DNA of 64,000 nt from Gammaproteobacteria bacterium (GTDB lineage Bacteria > Pseudomonadota > Gammaproteobacteria > Steroidobacterales > Steroidobacteraceae), in the NCBI GenBank assembly GCA_037443765.1, contig JBBINS010000002.1, positions 7,820 through 71,819 on the forward strand. Reading direction: 5' to 3'. Made by a program: the position numbers and the translations under genes. The notes below the pieces were generated by a model. That model searched no databases. It saw only the letters and a list, made by a program, of their open reading frames with translations, and was not told the origin of the DNA. The stretch's first letter is position 1, and every line of letters starts with the position of its first letter. Below, piece by piece: positions 31,669 to 40,865 of the stretch.

Positions 31669-34197
31669 TTACTGCACCAGCATCGCGGCACTGCCCGCGA
31701 CGGCCGCGCAGGCGGCCTTCGCAATCGTCGCGGTGCCCGTCGTATCCGCCGACACGGATGCCGCCAGCTTGTCGATCAGTGCGTTGACCTCGGTCGTGAC
31801 CGACGCCGCGGACGGCTGGGTGGCCAGGAACTTGCCCGCCGCCGTGTTGGCGGTGAGCATCTGGTTGATCAGCGGCGTGATCAGCGCGTTGCGGCCATTC
31901 GTGTCGTAGGCCGCCGCCGGCGCCGCCCCGAAGTTCAGGCCCGGGAAGTACGCCGGGGCGAGCGTCGGGTCGCGAACCAGCGCGTCGCAGTACTGGATCG
32001 ACAGCTGCGCGATCGCGGTCTGGTGCGACGCAACGAAGGCCTGGAAGTCCGTCACCGCCGGCAGCGACTGCTGCAGCTTCGTGTACAGCGCGCTGACCGC
32101 CGCGTTGGTCTTCGGCACCGTGGTCATCGTCGACAGCGTCGTATTGATCCGCTCGAAGGTCCGCACGCCGATGTCCGACGGCAGCGGCGAATCGGTCGGG
32201 ATCGGCGCGATCGGCGTCGGATCGGTGTGCACGTGGGTCGCGGTCCCGATCTGCTCGAACGTCAGGAAGAACTGGTCGTACGACGGCCCCTTCTGCAGCG
32301 CGATCGTCGTACCCACCTTCGACAGCGCGACGGCACTGACGGCGCTCTTGGTCGGGTCGAAGCCCTGGCCGGTCACCGTCGTATTCAGCGGCGCGTACGC
32401 CTGGCCGACCGCTGCCTCGGCGCCGTTCACGCCGATGCGCATGCCCTTGATGACCAAGCCGCTGTAGTTGACCGTCGGATCGAGGCTCAGGAACACCGGC
32501 TGGTCGAACAGGTACGAGTAGCTGTCGTACTGCGACACCACGAACATCACGTAGCTCTGGTTGAGGCCCGTGAACTTGTCGACGTTGAACAGCAGGTAGT
32601 AGCGCTCGCCGACGCCGGCATTGAAGTTGGACTGCACATCGCTCGCCGACATGGCCTTGTTGTAGAGCGCGACCATCTTGATCAGTCCCGAGAACGGCCG
32701 GTCCGACGAGACCTCGTTGCCGAGCACGAGCGCGAAGGTATTGTCCCACTGCGACAGCGAGCCGCCCTTCTGCGGGTCACCGCTCGCGACCAGCGCGCCG
32801 TTGACGTAGATCTGGCGGCCGTTGATCGGATCGTAGGTCATCACGACGTGCTGCAGCGACGCCTGCAGGACCTGCTTCGCGTTCGGCGTCGACAGCGGCG
32901 GCATTCCGTTCGCGTCGGTGTTCGTGCTGCGCACGAACGCGTCGTAGTTGTACTGCGTCTGGCCGAGCGTGAAGTTCCGCTGCGTCGTGCCACCCGAGTA
33001 GGAAACGATGTACGCCTGCGTCTGCGTCACGTTGGCCGGCGCGACCCACGCCTCGACGCTGTACTCGCCCGTCGTCAGGATCATGTCGTGCAGCTTCGCG
33101 CTGCCGGTGGTCGTGCCCTGCAGCTTGCCCTTGTTCTGCACCTGCACGCCCCAGCCGCCGACCCAGGTCACGTCGCCCGACATGTCGAGGTTCAGCGCCG
33201 GTTCGACGCCGCTCGTGTCGTAGGCGACCGTGCCGGTTCCGGTCTTGAACTCGAACTTGGCGATCAGCCCCGTCTCGACGCGCGAGCCGCCGTTGTCGAC
33301 GACGCCGTCGTACAGCGTCAGCGCCTTCGACAGGACGAGGTTCGGGTCGACCTGCGTGATCGGCACCTGGTTCGCGAACGCCTGGATCGCGGCCAGCATC
33401 TGGGCCGATGCCGCGGCGCAGTCGCCGCCCCAGCAGTTGTGAAACTCGTCGTGCAGGCGAACGTAGAACCGCGACAGCGCCGGCGCGTCGAGATTCATCT
33501 TCGGCTGCGCGGCCGCGTAGGCCGCGTCGACGTCGGACTGCGCGAAGTACGGCGACTGCGCCGTCACCGCGCTCGGCGAGTGGCAGCGCGAGCAGTACTG
33601 CGTCAGCAGCGGATACACCGTCGACGCGAACAGCGACGAGTTCGTCGGGAAGGTCCGCGACCCGCCGGCGTCCATGAGCGTCGGCGCGACCAGCTGCACG
33701 GCCGCCTTCGAGGCGCCCATCGTAACGCCGGCCCAGTTCTGGATCCAGGTCGTCATCGTGTCGGAGCAAGCCTGCGTGCTGGCGAGCCAGCAGTGGTGGC
33801 CGCTAGCGACCTTCGCGACGATCTTCGAGCCGGCGGGATTCGTGAGGTCGACCACCGTCTGCGCCGCCTGATAGGCCAGGTTGACGTCGTCGCTGCGGGC
33901 GAACATCGGGCTCTGGTTGCCCTGGATGTGGCACGCGCCGCACTTGTCGGTGGTCTTGACGTTGTTCCAGAAGTTGACGACGAACGCCTGGACGTCGCCG
34001 CTCGCCGGTGCCGGGCCCGTATAGCTCTGCGTACTGCTGCTGGGCGGCGTGACCGGGTTGGCGGCGGTCTGGACGCTGCCGGCGCCGCAACCGGCGACCA
34101 GCGCGCCGGCGACGACGGCCAGCGCCGCGAGGCGCAGTTGAGCCAGGACTGCCGATGTGCGCGGCAGGAGGGTATCGATTGAGCCGAAAGCCTTCAT
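31669..34197 (-). CDS. Lipoprotein with two CxxCH haem motifs and a LamG/concanavalin-like domain (842 aa)
   Basis: Lipobox LVAGC. CGACH at 33928..33942 and CSRCH at 33580..33594. LamG-like block EYSVEAWV...GLIKMVALYNKAMS. Confidence 0.8.
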   Translation of the reverse strand: MKAFGSIDTLLPRTSAVLAQLRLAALAVVAGALVAGCGAGSVQTAANPVTPPSSSTQSYTGPAPASGDVQAFVVNFWNNVKTTDKCGACHIQGNQSPMFARSDDVNLAYQAAQTVVDLTNPAGSKIVAKVASGHHCWLASTQACSDTMTTWIQNWAGVTMGASKAAVQLVAPTLMDAGGSRTFPTNSSLFASTVYPLLTQYCSRCHSPSAVTAQSPYFAQSDVDAAYAAAQPKMNLDAPALSRFYVRLHDEFHNCWGGDCAAASAQMLAAIQAFANQVPITQVDPNLVLSKALTLYDGVVDNGGSRVETGLIAKFEFKTGTGTVAYDTSGVEPALNLDMSGDVTWVGGWGVQVQNKGKLQGTTTGSAKLHDMILTTGEYSVEAWVAPANVTQTQAYIVSYSGGTTQRNFTLGQTQYNYDAFVRSTNTDANGMPPLSTPNAKQVLQASLQHVVMTYDPINGRQIYVNGALVASGDPQKGGSLSQWDNTFALVLGNEVSSDRPFSGLIKMVALYNKAMSASDVQSNFNAGVGERYYLLFNVDKFTGLNQSYVMFVVSQYDSYSYLFDQPVFLSLDPTVNYSGLVIKGMRIGVNGAEAAVGQAYAPLNTTVTGQGFDPTKSAVSAVALSKVGTTIALQKGPSYDQFFLTFEQIGTATHVHTDPTPIAPIPTDSPLPSDIGVRTFERINTTLSTMTTVPKTNAAVSALYTKLQQSLPAVTDFQAFVASHQTAIAQLSIQYCDALVRDPTLAPAYFPGLNFGAAPAAAYDTNGRNALITPLINQMLTANTAAGKFLATQPSAASVTTEVNALIDKLAASVSADTTGTATIAKAACAAVAGSAAMLVQ
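33373..33960 (-). repeat. Tandem duplicated CxxCH module inside the LamG lipoprotein (protein-level repeat)
   Basis: Two ~80-aa units share the pattern CxxCH-x(5-8)-SP[MY]FA[RQ]SD-x3-AYxAAQ-x(5)-[DN]L-x2-PAxS-x(8-10)-[HF]H[CN]CW-x(5-8)-C. Confidence 0.6.
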
Positions 34198-34210
34198 GTT
34201 CGATACTCCC

Positions 34211-35431
34211 TCAATTACCCATGCAGTAGGCAGCGGTCTCGGCGAACACGTTCTTCAGGGAGTAGCCCTGCGTGAAGTGCCCGACCATCGTGCTGACCTG
34301 GTTACGATCGGCGGCGTTCGACGGCGCGCGTAGGCAGACATTCGTGAACACCTTCTGGACCTGGCACTGCGCGAACTGGGCGCTCGCGCCGAACTCGGCG
34401 CCGAGCGACTTGGCGCCGTTGCCGCTACCGGGCTGCGACTGGTCCCAGCCCATCAGGGCGTTCTGGCCGGCGCGCCAGCGGTTGTCCCAGTGATCATCCG
34501 GCGTGATGTACCCCTGGGGGAACACGGTGTTGTTGTGGAAGTACTTGCCGACGACAGTGCCCGGCGTGTACGCGATCGCGCCGTTGTCGGTCGTGGTCGT
34601 GTCGATGTAGTCGTAGAAGGCGAAGGCCTGGGCCATCGGATCCATGCCGGAGTGGCAGCCGACGCAGTTGTTCAGGAACACGCGGCTGTCGCCGCCCGGG
34701 CTGCGGCTGACGTCCTGGCGGATCCGGTCGGTCGGCCGGCTCGTGTCCATCACCTGCGCCAGGTCCGTGCACATGTGGTTGATCATCGTGAAGCGGAACA
34801 TCCGACGGTTCGTACCGGCGCTGAAGAACGCGCGGGCGGCGGCGCGGGTCGTCAGCACGCCCGCGGTCGCGGCGGCCGGCAGCCCGGTCGTCGCGGACTG
34901 GGGGGCGCTGACCAGCACGTCGCGCAGGTTCAGCGACTGCGCTTCCATCTGCACGTAGTGATCGTTGGCGGAGTTCGAGTAGGCCGGCAGCCCGAGGCCG
35001 CTCTTGCCGACATAGATGATGTCGGCCGACAACACCGTATTGAACGGCACCTCGTCGCGCACCATGCCGACGACGGTCGCGACGTAGTCGTTGAGGGGCG
35101 CGAAGGCGGTCTGGTCCGTGTTCGTCCACGGCATCACGAAATTCTTCAGCACGACCGAGTAGAAGTTGCCGTTGGCATCGTCGATTGCGAGCAGCGCGGC
35201 ACCCTTTGCATCGCCGCCGCCGATCTTCGCCTGCATGGCGTCGAGCACGGCCTGCGTCGGCGGCGCGCCGTTCAGCCGGTCGTGGATGCGCATCGCCTGC
35301 TCGCGCGACGCCGCGAGCGCCTGCCCGGCCGGCATCGCCAGCACCGCGAGCAGCAGCGCGAGCAACGTCGCGCTCATCGCCCGCGTCGGGCGTGCTCCGT
35401 TCGTCTGCCTCATTTGCATCGCTGCGTTCAT
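34211..35431 (-). CDS. Secreted monohaem protein, DUF1588/DUF1585-like
   Basis: Signal peptide (ATLLALLLAVLAMPAGQALA). CVGCH at 34652..34666 followed by SGMDPMAQAFAFYD. The start is uncertain. Confidence 0.7.
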   Translation of the reverse strand: MNAAMQMRQTNGARPTRAMSATLLALLLAVLAMPAGQALAASREQAMRIHDRLNGAPPTQAVLDAMQAKIGGGDAKGAALLAIDDANGNFYSVVLKNFVMPWTNTDQTAFAPLNDYVATVVGMVRDEVPFNTVLSADIIYVGKSGLGLPAYSNSANDHYVQMEAQSLNLRDVLVSAPQSATTGLPAAATAGVLTTRAAARAFFSAGTNRRMFRFTMINHMCTDLAQVMDTSRPTDRIRQDVSRSPGGDSRVFLNNCVGCHSGMDPMAQAFAFYDYIDTTTTDNGAIAYTPGTVVGKYFHNNTVFPQGYITPDDHWDNRWRAGQNALMGWDQSQPGSGNGAKSLGAEFGASAQFAQCQVQKVFTNVCLRAPSNAADRNQVSTMVGHFTQGYSLKNVFAETAAYCMGN

Positions 35432-35760
35432 GGCAACTCACTCGCGGTCAGATTGAAACTCGAAACGACTATATCGATAGGCATTCGCAACGGTAATGTC
35501 TCAGGACTGCGACATTCGCGCAGATGTGAATCCCATCTCAGACCACATGAAAGTCGCTGTGCTGCGACATTACGGGCGGTGGGCGGTGCGGGTTACTCTC
35601 GCGTTATTCGAAGGCCTCGGAACACATGAATACGGGATTCGTCATGGCCGAGGCTGTGAGCGTGTTAACAGAATCTGGTGTCGGCGGACGACATGATGCG
35701 GTTCGCTTCACTCGTGCTGCGCGCTTCACGCGCGGCGCGAGCGGCGCGGCCGAAGCGAGG

Positions 35761-38634
35761 ATGCGGATGGATACGTGGAACGGAACACTGCTGGTACGCG
35801 CGCAGCGCCTGCTCGTCGTCGGCATCGTCGCGGTGCTCGCAGCCGCGTGCTCGAGTAGCAGCGGCACCGCCGGCGGCGGCAACAGCGGCATCAGCCTCGG
35901 TAGCGGCGGGTCGACGAACGACCCGGTGTCGCCGGACTTCGCGATCGCCTACATCAAGCGCACGCTGCCGAAGGCCGCCGACCCGAACGCGATCACGCTC
36001 GTCGACGACCTGCGCGTACAGCGTGTTTGGAACGGCACCGCGGATGTCATCGTGCGCGAGAGCGCGAGCCCGTCGGCCGGCGAGAAGAACATCACGGCGG
36101 CGCTCGCCTGCCCGCTGGCGTCGGACCCCAACCAGAATTCGGGACCCGACCACGACGTGCGCGATCTCGACACCTCCTTCGATGGCGCGAAGCTCGTGTT
36201 CTCGTTCCGCTGCCGCCCGATCAAGAACGCCAAGGAATCGCAGCAGCCGCGCTGGACGATCTTTGAGTACAATCACGCGACCGGCAAGCTGCGCCAGGTC
36301 ATCTCGGATCCGATCGCGGCCGCGCTCGGCCACGACGTCGGCCCGCACTACCTGCCCGACGGCCGCCTCGTGTTCTCGTCGTCACGTCAGCACGACGCCA
36401 AGGCGGTGCTGATCGACGAGGGCAAGGCTCAGTTCTCTGCCGGCATCGAGGGCGACCGCAACCTGCCGGCGTTCGTGCTTCACGTGATGACGATCGCGGA
36501 CGCCAACGGCAACCCCGTCGACGGCAGCACCAGCATCCGGCAGATCTCCTTCAATACGGGCCACGATCTCGACCCGTCCGTGCTCAACGACGGCCGCATC
36601 GTGTTCACGCGCTGGGACCAGAACTCCGGTGCCGGCATGCACCTCTACGCCATCGACCCCGACGGCGGCGACATGCAACTGCTGTACGGACGCAACAGCC
36701 ACGACACGGGCAACCCGACGACGGCGCAGGGCGGCTCGCTGGTTCAATTCACGCAGGCGCGGGCGCGGCCGGATGGCAAAGTCGTCGCGCTGCTGCTGCC
36801 GTTCATGGGGACGAACTTCGGCGGCGACATCGCCCTGATCGACTCGGCCAGCTGGGTCGAGAACCTGCAGAGCGTGCTCGGCGCGACCGTGGCGCCGGGC
36901 GCGACCGGTCAGGTACGGATGGTGGTCAACGACGTCATCACGACACAGGCGCCGACCGCCAATCCGAACGCGCCGGCGGGCACGCCGGCGCCCTCCGCGC
37001 CGGCCTCGCCCGGCGGCCGCTTCTCGAGCGTCTATCCGCTGTGGGACGGGACCAACCGGCTGCTCGTCACATGGTCGCAGTGCCGGCTGACGATCCAGAC
37101 CCTCGTCGTCCCCTGCACCTCGGACAACCTCGCGAACGCCACGGCCGTGCCGGCTCCGACGATCTACAGCGTCTGGATCTACGACCCCACCAACAACACG
37201 CAGCTGCCCATCGCGCCGCCGGTCGAGGGCATCATGTACACGAACGTGGTCGCGCTGCAGCCGCGACTGCCGACCCCGACGCCGATCCCGGACGCCCAGC
37301 CGAGCACGACCGGGTCCTATACGTTCACGCTCGCCGCCGAGGGCGTCGGCATCCTCGATATAAAGAGCGTCTACGACTTCGACGGCGTCGACACGGCGCC
37401 GGGCGGCATCGCCGCCGTCCGCGACCCGACGACGCGCGTGGCGAGCCCGACCCGGCCGCGCTTCGTGCGCATCGAGAAGGCCGTGAGCCTGCCCGACAAG
37501 GAGGTGCTGCCGAACGCCGCCCTCCCCAACTTCGCCTTCGGCGCCGCCGGCAACTTCATGCGCGAAATCATCGGCTACGCGCCGGTGGAACCGGACGGCT
37601 CGGTGCGTGTGACGGTGCCGTCGAATATTCCCTTCCAGATCAGCATCCTCGATGCCAACGGCCGGCGCCTCGACGGCGCCTTCCCGCGTCATCGCGCCTG
37701 GCTGCAGGTCCGCACTGGCGAGACGGTGGTCTGCAACGGCTGCCACACCCAGCAGCAGATTCCGCCGTCGAATTCGCACGGCCGCACGGGACTGTTCTCG
37801 CTCGTGAATACGGGTGCAGCCGCCGGCGTGGCGTTCCCGAACACGGCCCTGCAAGTGACCAACCGCACCGGTGCCAACGTGGCCCCGGCCCGCCTGCCGA
37901 ACGGCGGCGAAACGATGGCCGAGTACCGCGCCGCGGAGCAGGTCACCTGCGTCGACGTGGCGTGCTCGGCCAACCCGGCGGTCGATCTCGTCTTCGCCGA
38001 CGTATGGACGATCACCGGCGTGGGCACGGCCGATCCGGCGTTCTCATGGACCTACGCGCAGCTTGGGACGCCCGCCCCGGTCCGCGCCGACTGCGAGACC
38101 AACTGGCAGGGCAACTGCCGGATCACGATCCATTACCCGCTGCACATCGCCCCGCTCTGGACCAGTCCGCGGTCGACCATCACCGCGATCGACCCGACGT
38201 CGACGGTGGCGTACACGACCTGCACGGGCTGTCACAGCCCCAAGACGACCGCGGGCGTCAAGCAGGTCCCCGCCGGCCAGCTCGACCTCTCCAGCTCGCC
38301 GGCCTCGACCAATCCCTGCGTCCAGCAGGAGTTCACGTCCTTCTGCCAGCTGCTGTTCCCGCACCCGCAGCTCGACCCTGTTACTATGCAGCCGGTCATC
38401 GTGCCCGGACCGCCGGACCCGGTGACGGGCCTGCCCACGCAGGTCATCGTTCAGGTCAATCCGCCAATGAGCGGCGCGGGAGCGAATGCTTCGGCGGCCT
38501 TCTTCAACGAGTTCGCCACCGGTGGCACGCACGCCGGCTGGCTGACCGGGGCCGAGCTGAAGCTGATCTCCGAGTGGCTCGACATCGGCGCCCAGTACTA
38601 CAACGATCCGTTCGCGATCCCACCTGCCAACTGA
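35761..38634 (+). CDS. Lipoprotein with PD40/TolB-like beta-propeller repeats and two CxxCH motifs (HzsA-related-like)
   Basis: Lipobox LAAAC. PD40-like blades. CNGCH at 37732..37746 and CTGCH at 38221..38235. Start at ATG 35761 or 35767. Confidence 0.8.
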   Translation: MRMDTWNGTLLVRAQRLLVVGIVAVLAAACSSSSGTAGGGNSGISLGSGGSTNDPVSPDFAIAYIKRTLPKAADPNAITLVDDLRVQRVWNGTADVIVRESASPSAGEKNITAALACPLASDPNQNSGPDHDVRDLDTSFDGAKLVFSFRCRPIKNAKESQQPRWTIFEYNHATGKLRQVISDPIAAALGHDVGPHYLPDGRLVFSSSRQHDAKAVLIDEGKAQFSAGIEGDRNLPAFVLHVMTIADANGNPVDGSTSIRQISFNTGHDLDPSVLNDGRIVFTRWDQNSGAGMHLYAIDPDGGDMQLLYGRNSHDTGNPTTAQGGSLVQFTQARARPDGKVVALLLPFMGTNFGGDIALIDSASWVENLQSVLGATVAPGATGQVRMVVNDVITTQAPTANPNAPAGTPAPSAPASPGGRFSSVYPLWDGTNRLLVTWSQCRLTIQTLVVPCTSDNLANATAVPAPTIYSVWIYDPTNNTQLPIAPPVEGIMYTNVVALQPRLPTPTPIPDAQPSTTGSYTFTLAAEGVGILDIKSVYDFDGVDTAPGGIAAVRDPTTRVASPTRPRFVRIEKAVSLPDKEVLPNAALPNFAFGAAGNFMREIIGYAPVEPDGSVRVTVPSNIPFQISILDANGRRLDGAFPRHRAWLQVRTGETVVCNGCHTQQQIPPSNSHGRTGLFSLVNTGAAAGVAFPNTALQVTNRTGANVAPARLPNGGETMAEYRAAEQVTCVDVACSANPAVDLVFADVWTITGVGTADPAFSWTYAQLGTPAPVRADCETNWQGNCRITIHYPLHIAPLWTSPRSTITAIDPTSTVAYTTCTGCHSPKTTAGVKQVPAGQLDLSSSPASTNPCVQQEFTSFCQLLFPHPQLDPVTMQPVIVPGPPDPVTGLPTQVIVQVNPPMSGAGANASAAFFNEFATGGTHAGWLTGAELKLISEWLDIGAQYYNDPFAIPPAN

Positions 38635-38638
38635 CCGA

Positions 38639-39412
38639 ATGCGTACAGTTCTGAAGCTCGCGAGCTTACTTATTCTGGCAACGGCGGCGGGACTCGCGCA
38701 CTCGGCAGACGGCGCGCGGCAATTCGACCGCGACGCCGGCCGCTACGTCGACGTCGCCGTCGCCGACCCCTACCTCGAACTGCACACCGGTGCTGGCGCG
38801 AGCTACCCGGTATTCCGCGTCATCCCGCGCGGCGAGCACATCGAGATCCTGTTCCGGCGCACCGACTGGTTCAAGGTCCGCGACGACCACGACCGCGAGG
38901 GCTGGGCGCACCGCGACAACATGCAGGAGACCCTGCTCGCGTCGGGCGAGAAGCTGCCGCTCGAGGACCTGTCGCACCGTGACTTCGACATCTGGCCGTG
39001 GGAATCCGGCGTCCAGAGCGGCAACTTCGGCGGCGGCAACGTCAACAGCATCTACGTCGGCTATTCGCTGAACCCGAACCTGGCCACCGAGCTCGGCGTG
39101 TCACAGACCCTCGGGCGCTCCGCCAATGGCGTGCTCGCGGTCCTTGGCCTCACACACTCGCCGCGTCCCGACTGGCGCCTCGCGCCGTTCGTGCAGCTCG
39201 GCAGCGGTGTCATCAGGATCCAGCCGAAGGCGACGATCATCTCGCCGCCGGAGCGCACCGAACAGGTCGCCTACTACGGCGCCGGCGTCAAATGGTACCT
39301 GTCGCGTCGCTTCATCCTGCGTGCGGACTACCGCAGCTACGTGCTCTTCACGCGACGCGACACAAACGAGGATCGGAACGAATGGAAAGCAGGCTTCGCG
39401 TTCTTCTTCTGA
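38639..39412 (+). CDS. Outer-membrane beta-barrel protein with N-terminal SH3-like domain
   Basis: Signal peptide, an SH3_3-like segment (YPVFRVIPRGEHIEILFRRTDWFKVRDDHDREGWAH), alternating beta-strand pattern and a C-terminal ...GFAFFF. Confidence 0.75.
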   Translation: MRTVLKLASLLILATAAGLAHSADGARQFDRDAGRYVDVAVADPYLELHTGAGASYPVFRVIPRGEHIEILFRRTDWFKVRDDHDREGWAHRDNMQETLLASGEKLPLEDLSHRDFDIWPWESGVQSGNFGGGNVNSIYVGYSLNPNLATELGVSQTLGRSANGVLAVLGLTHSPRPDWRLAPFVQLGSGVIRIQPKATIISPPERTEQVAYYGAGVKWYLSRRFILRADYRSYVLFTRRDTNEDRNEWKAGFAFFF

Positions 39413-40071
39413 TCGTCTGCGCGCTCGCGCTCGGGGGCTGCTCGATGTGGCCGTTCCACAAGAAGCAGCGCGCTGAGGAATTGCCGGTCGAGGCGACGTC
39501 TGCCGAGGGCACCGCGCCCTCGGTCGTCGAACCGCAGGTCGCGCGCCGCACGGTCAAGACGCCCAAGATAAAGAACTCCAACTTCGAGATCGGACCGTAT
39601 ATCGGCACCTACAGCGCCGAGGACTTCGGCGTCAATCCCGTGCTCGGGGCCCGCCTCGTCTATCACATCAGCGAGGACTTCTTTGCGCAGGGCCTGATCG
39701 GCCGGACCACGGTCGGCCTGACGAGCTACGAACGCCTGTCGGGCGGGGCGCAGCTGCTGACCGATAGTCAGCGCAAGCTCACGTATTACAGCCTCGACTT
39801 CGGGTACAACCTGCTGCCGGGAGAGGTGTTCGTCAGCCCGCGGCGGGCGTTCAACTCGGCGCTGTACGTGACCGGCGGCGTCGGCGCGACGCACTTCGCG
39901 GGCGACAACCGCTTCACGGTCGCGATCGGGGCCGGCTACCGCCTGCTTCTGAACGACTGGCTGGCGGCGCACTTCGACGTGCGCGACAGCATCTTCGACG
40001 AGAACCTCTTGGGCACGAACAAGACGACGCACAATCTCGAGACCGGTCTCGGCGTGACCGTGTTCTTCTGA
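39382..40071 (+). CDS. Outer-membrane beta-barrel lipoprotein (OMP_myx_plus-like)
   Basis: ATG at 39382. Lipobox LGGC, beta-strand periodicity and C-terminal ...GLGVTVFF. Overlaps the upstream gene by 31 nt. Confidence 0.75.
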   Translation: MESRLRVLLLIVCALALGGCSMWPFHKKQRAEELPVEATSAEGTAPSVVEPQVARRTVKTPKIKNSNFEIGPYIGTYSAEDFGVNPVLGARLVYHISEDFFAQGLIGRTTVGLTSYERLSGGAQLLTDSQRKLTYYSLDFGYNLLPGEVFVSPRRAFNSALYVTGGVGATHFAGDNRFTVAIGAGYRLLLNDWLAAHFDVRDSIFDENLLGTNKTTHNLETGLGVTVFF

Positions 40072-40096
40072 CGCGACTACCGGACGGAGACGACGC

Positions 40097-40606
40097 ATGA
40101 GCCTGAAGTCCCTGTGCATCGCGATCGCGCTTGCCGCGAGCGCTGGCGTTTCGACGACGGCGCTCGGCGCGGACCCGATCGGGCAGCCGGCACCGGCGTT
40201 CACGCTGCCACTGCGTGGCGGCTCCGCCCCGCTCGCGCTCGACAAGCTGCGTGGACAGGTCGTGATGGTCAACTTCTGGGCGTCGTGGTGCGAGCCGTGC
40301 CGCAAGGAGTTCCCGCTGCTCGACCAGATCTACAAGAAGTACAAGGCCGCCGGCTTTACGCTCGTCGGCGTCAACGTCGAACCGGACGCGAAGGACGCGG
40401 AGAGCTTCATCGCCAAGACGCCGGTGACGTTCCCGATCCTGTTCGACAAGGACAGCGCCGTCAGCAAGCTGTACCACGTCGCCGGCATGCCGACGACCGT
40501 GCTGATCGACCGCAAGGGTGTGCTCCGCTGGGTGCACCGCAGCTACGTGCCGGGCGACGAGAACGAGTACCTGAACCAGGTTCGCGCCATTCTGATGGAG
40601 AAATAG
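40097..40606 (+). CDS. TlpA/ResA-like thioredoxin-fold protein
   Basis: Signal peptide and a WCEPC motif (VVMVNFWASWCEPCRKEFP). Confidence 0.88.
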   Translation: MSLKSLCIAIALAASAGVSTTALGADPIGQPAPAFTLPLRGGSAPLALDKLRGQVVMVNFWASWCEPCRKEFPLLDQIYKKYKAAGFTLVGVNVEPDAKDAESFIAKTPVTFPILFDKDSAVSKLYHVAGMPTTVLIDRKGVLRWVHRSYVPGDENEYLNQVRAILMEK

Positions 40607-40608
40607 CC

Positions 40609-40836
40609 ATGACGAAGCCCTGCTTCCTCGTGCTGCTGGCAGTGATGGCCATGACCTCGGGCTGCGGCCGGATCCAGCCTTGGGTCAAGCCGTACGAGCG
40701 CGAGCGACTCGCCGACAAGGTCATGGCCTGGGACCGCGATCCGATCGCCCAGAGCTACATCACGCACGTCCACGAGAACCGCGAGGGCGCGCACGGCGGC
40801 ACCGGCGAGGCCGGCGGCGGCTGCGGCTGCAACTGA
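40609..40836 (+). CDS. DUF4266 small lipoprotein
   Basis: 75 aa with a lipoprotein-type signal ending SGC and the characteristic C-terminal GGGCGCN. Confidence 0.8.
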   Translation: MTKPCFLVLLAVMAMTSGCGRIQPWVKPYERERLADKVMAWDRDPIAQSYITHVHENREGAHGGTGEAGGGCGCN

Positions 40837-40865
40837 CGCATCGGGCGGTAACGGATTCCACGGCC

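Noticed and set aside
35696-35740. The repeated CGCTTCAC(T/G)CG (translated RFTRAARFTRGA) just upstream of the PD40 cytochrome start.
   Set aside because: It is a short direct repeat inside a GC-rich leader or an alternative N-terminal extension, with no evidence of function. The lipoprotein signal begins downstream at 35761/35767.
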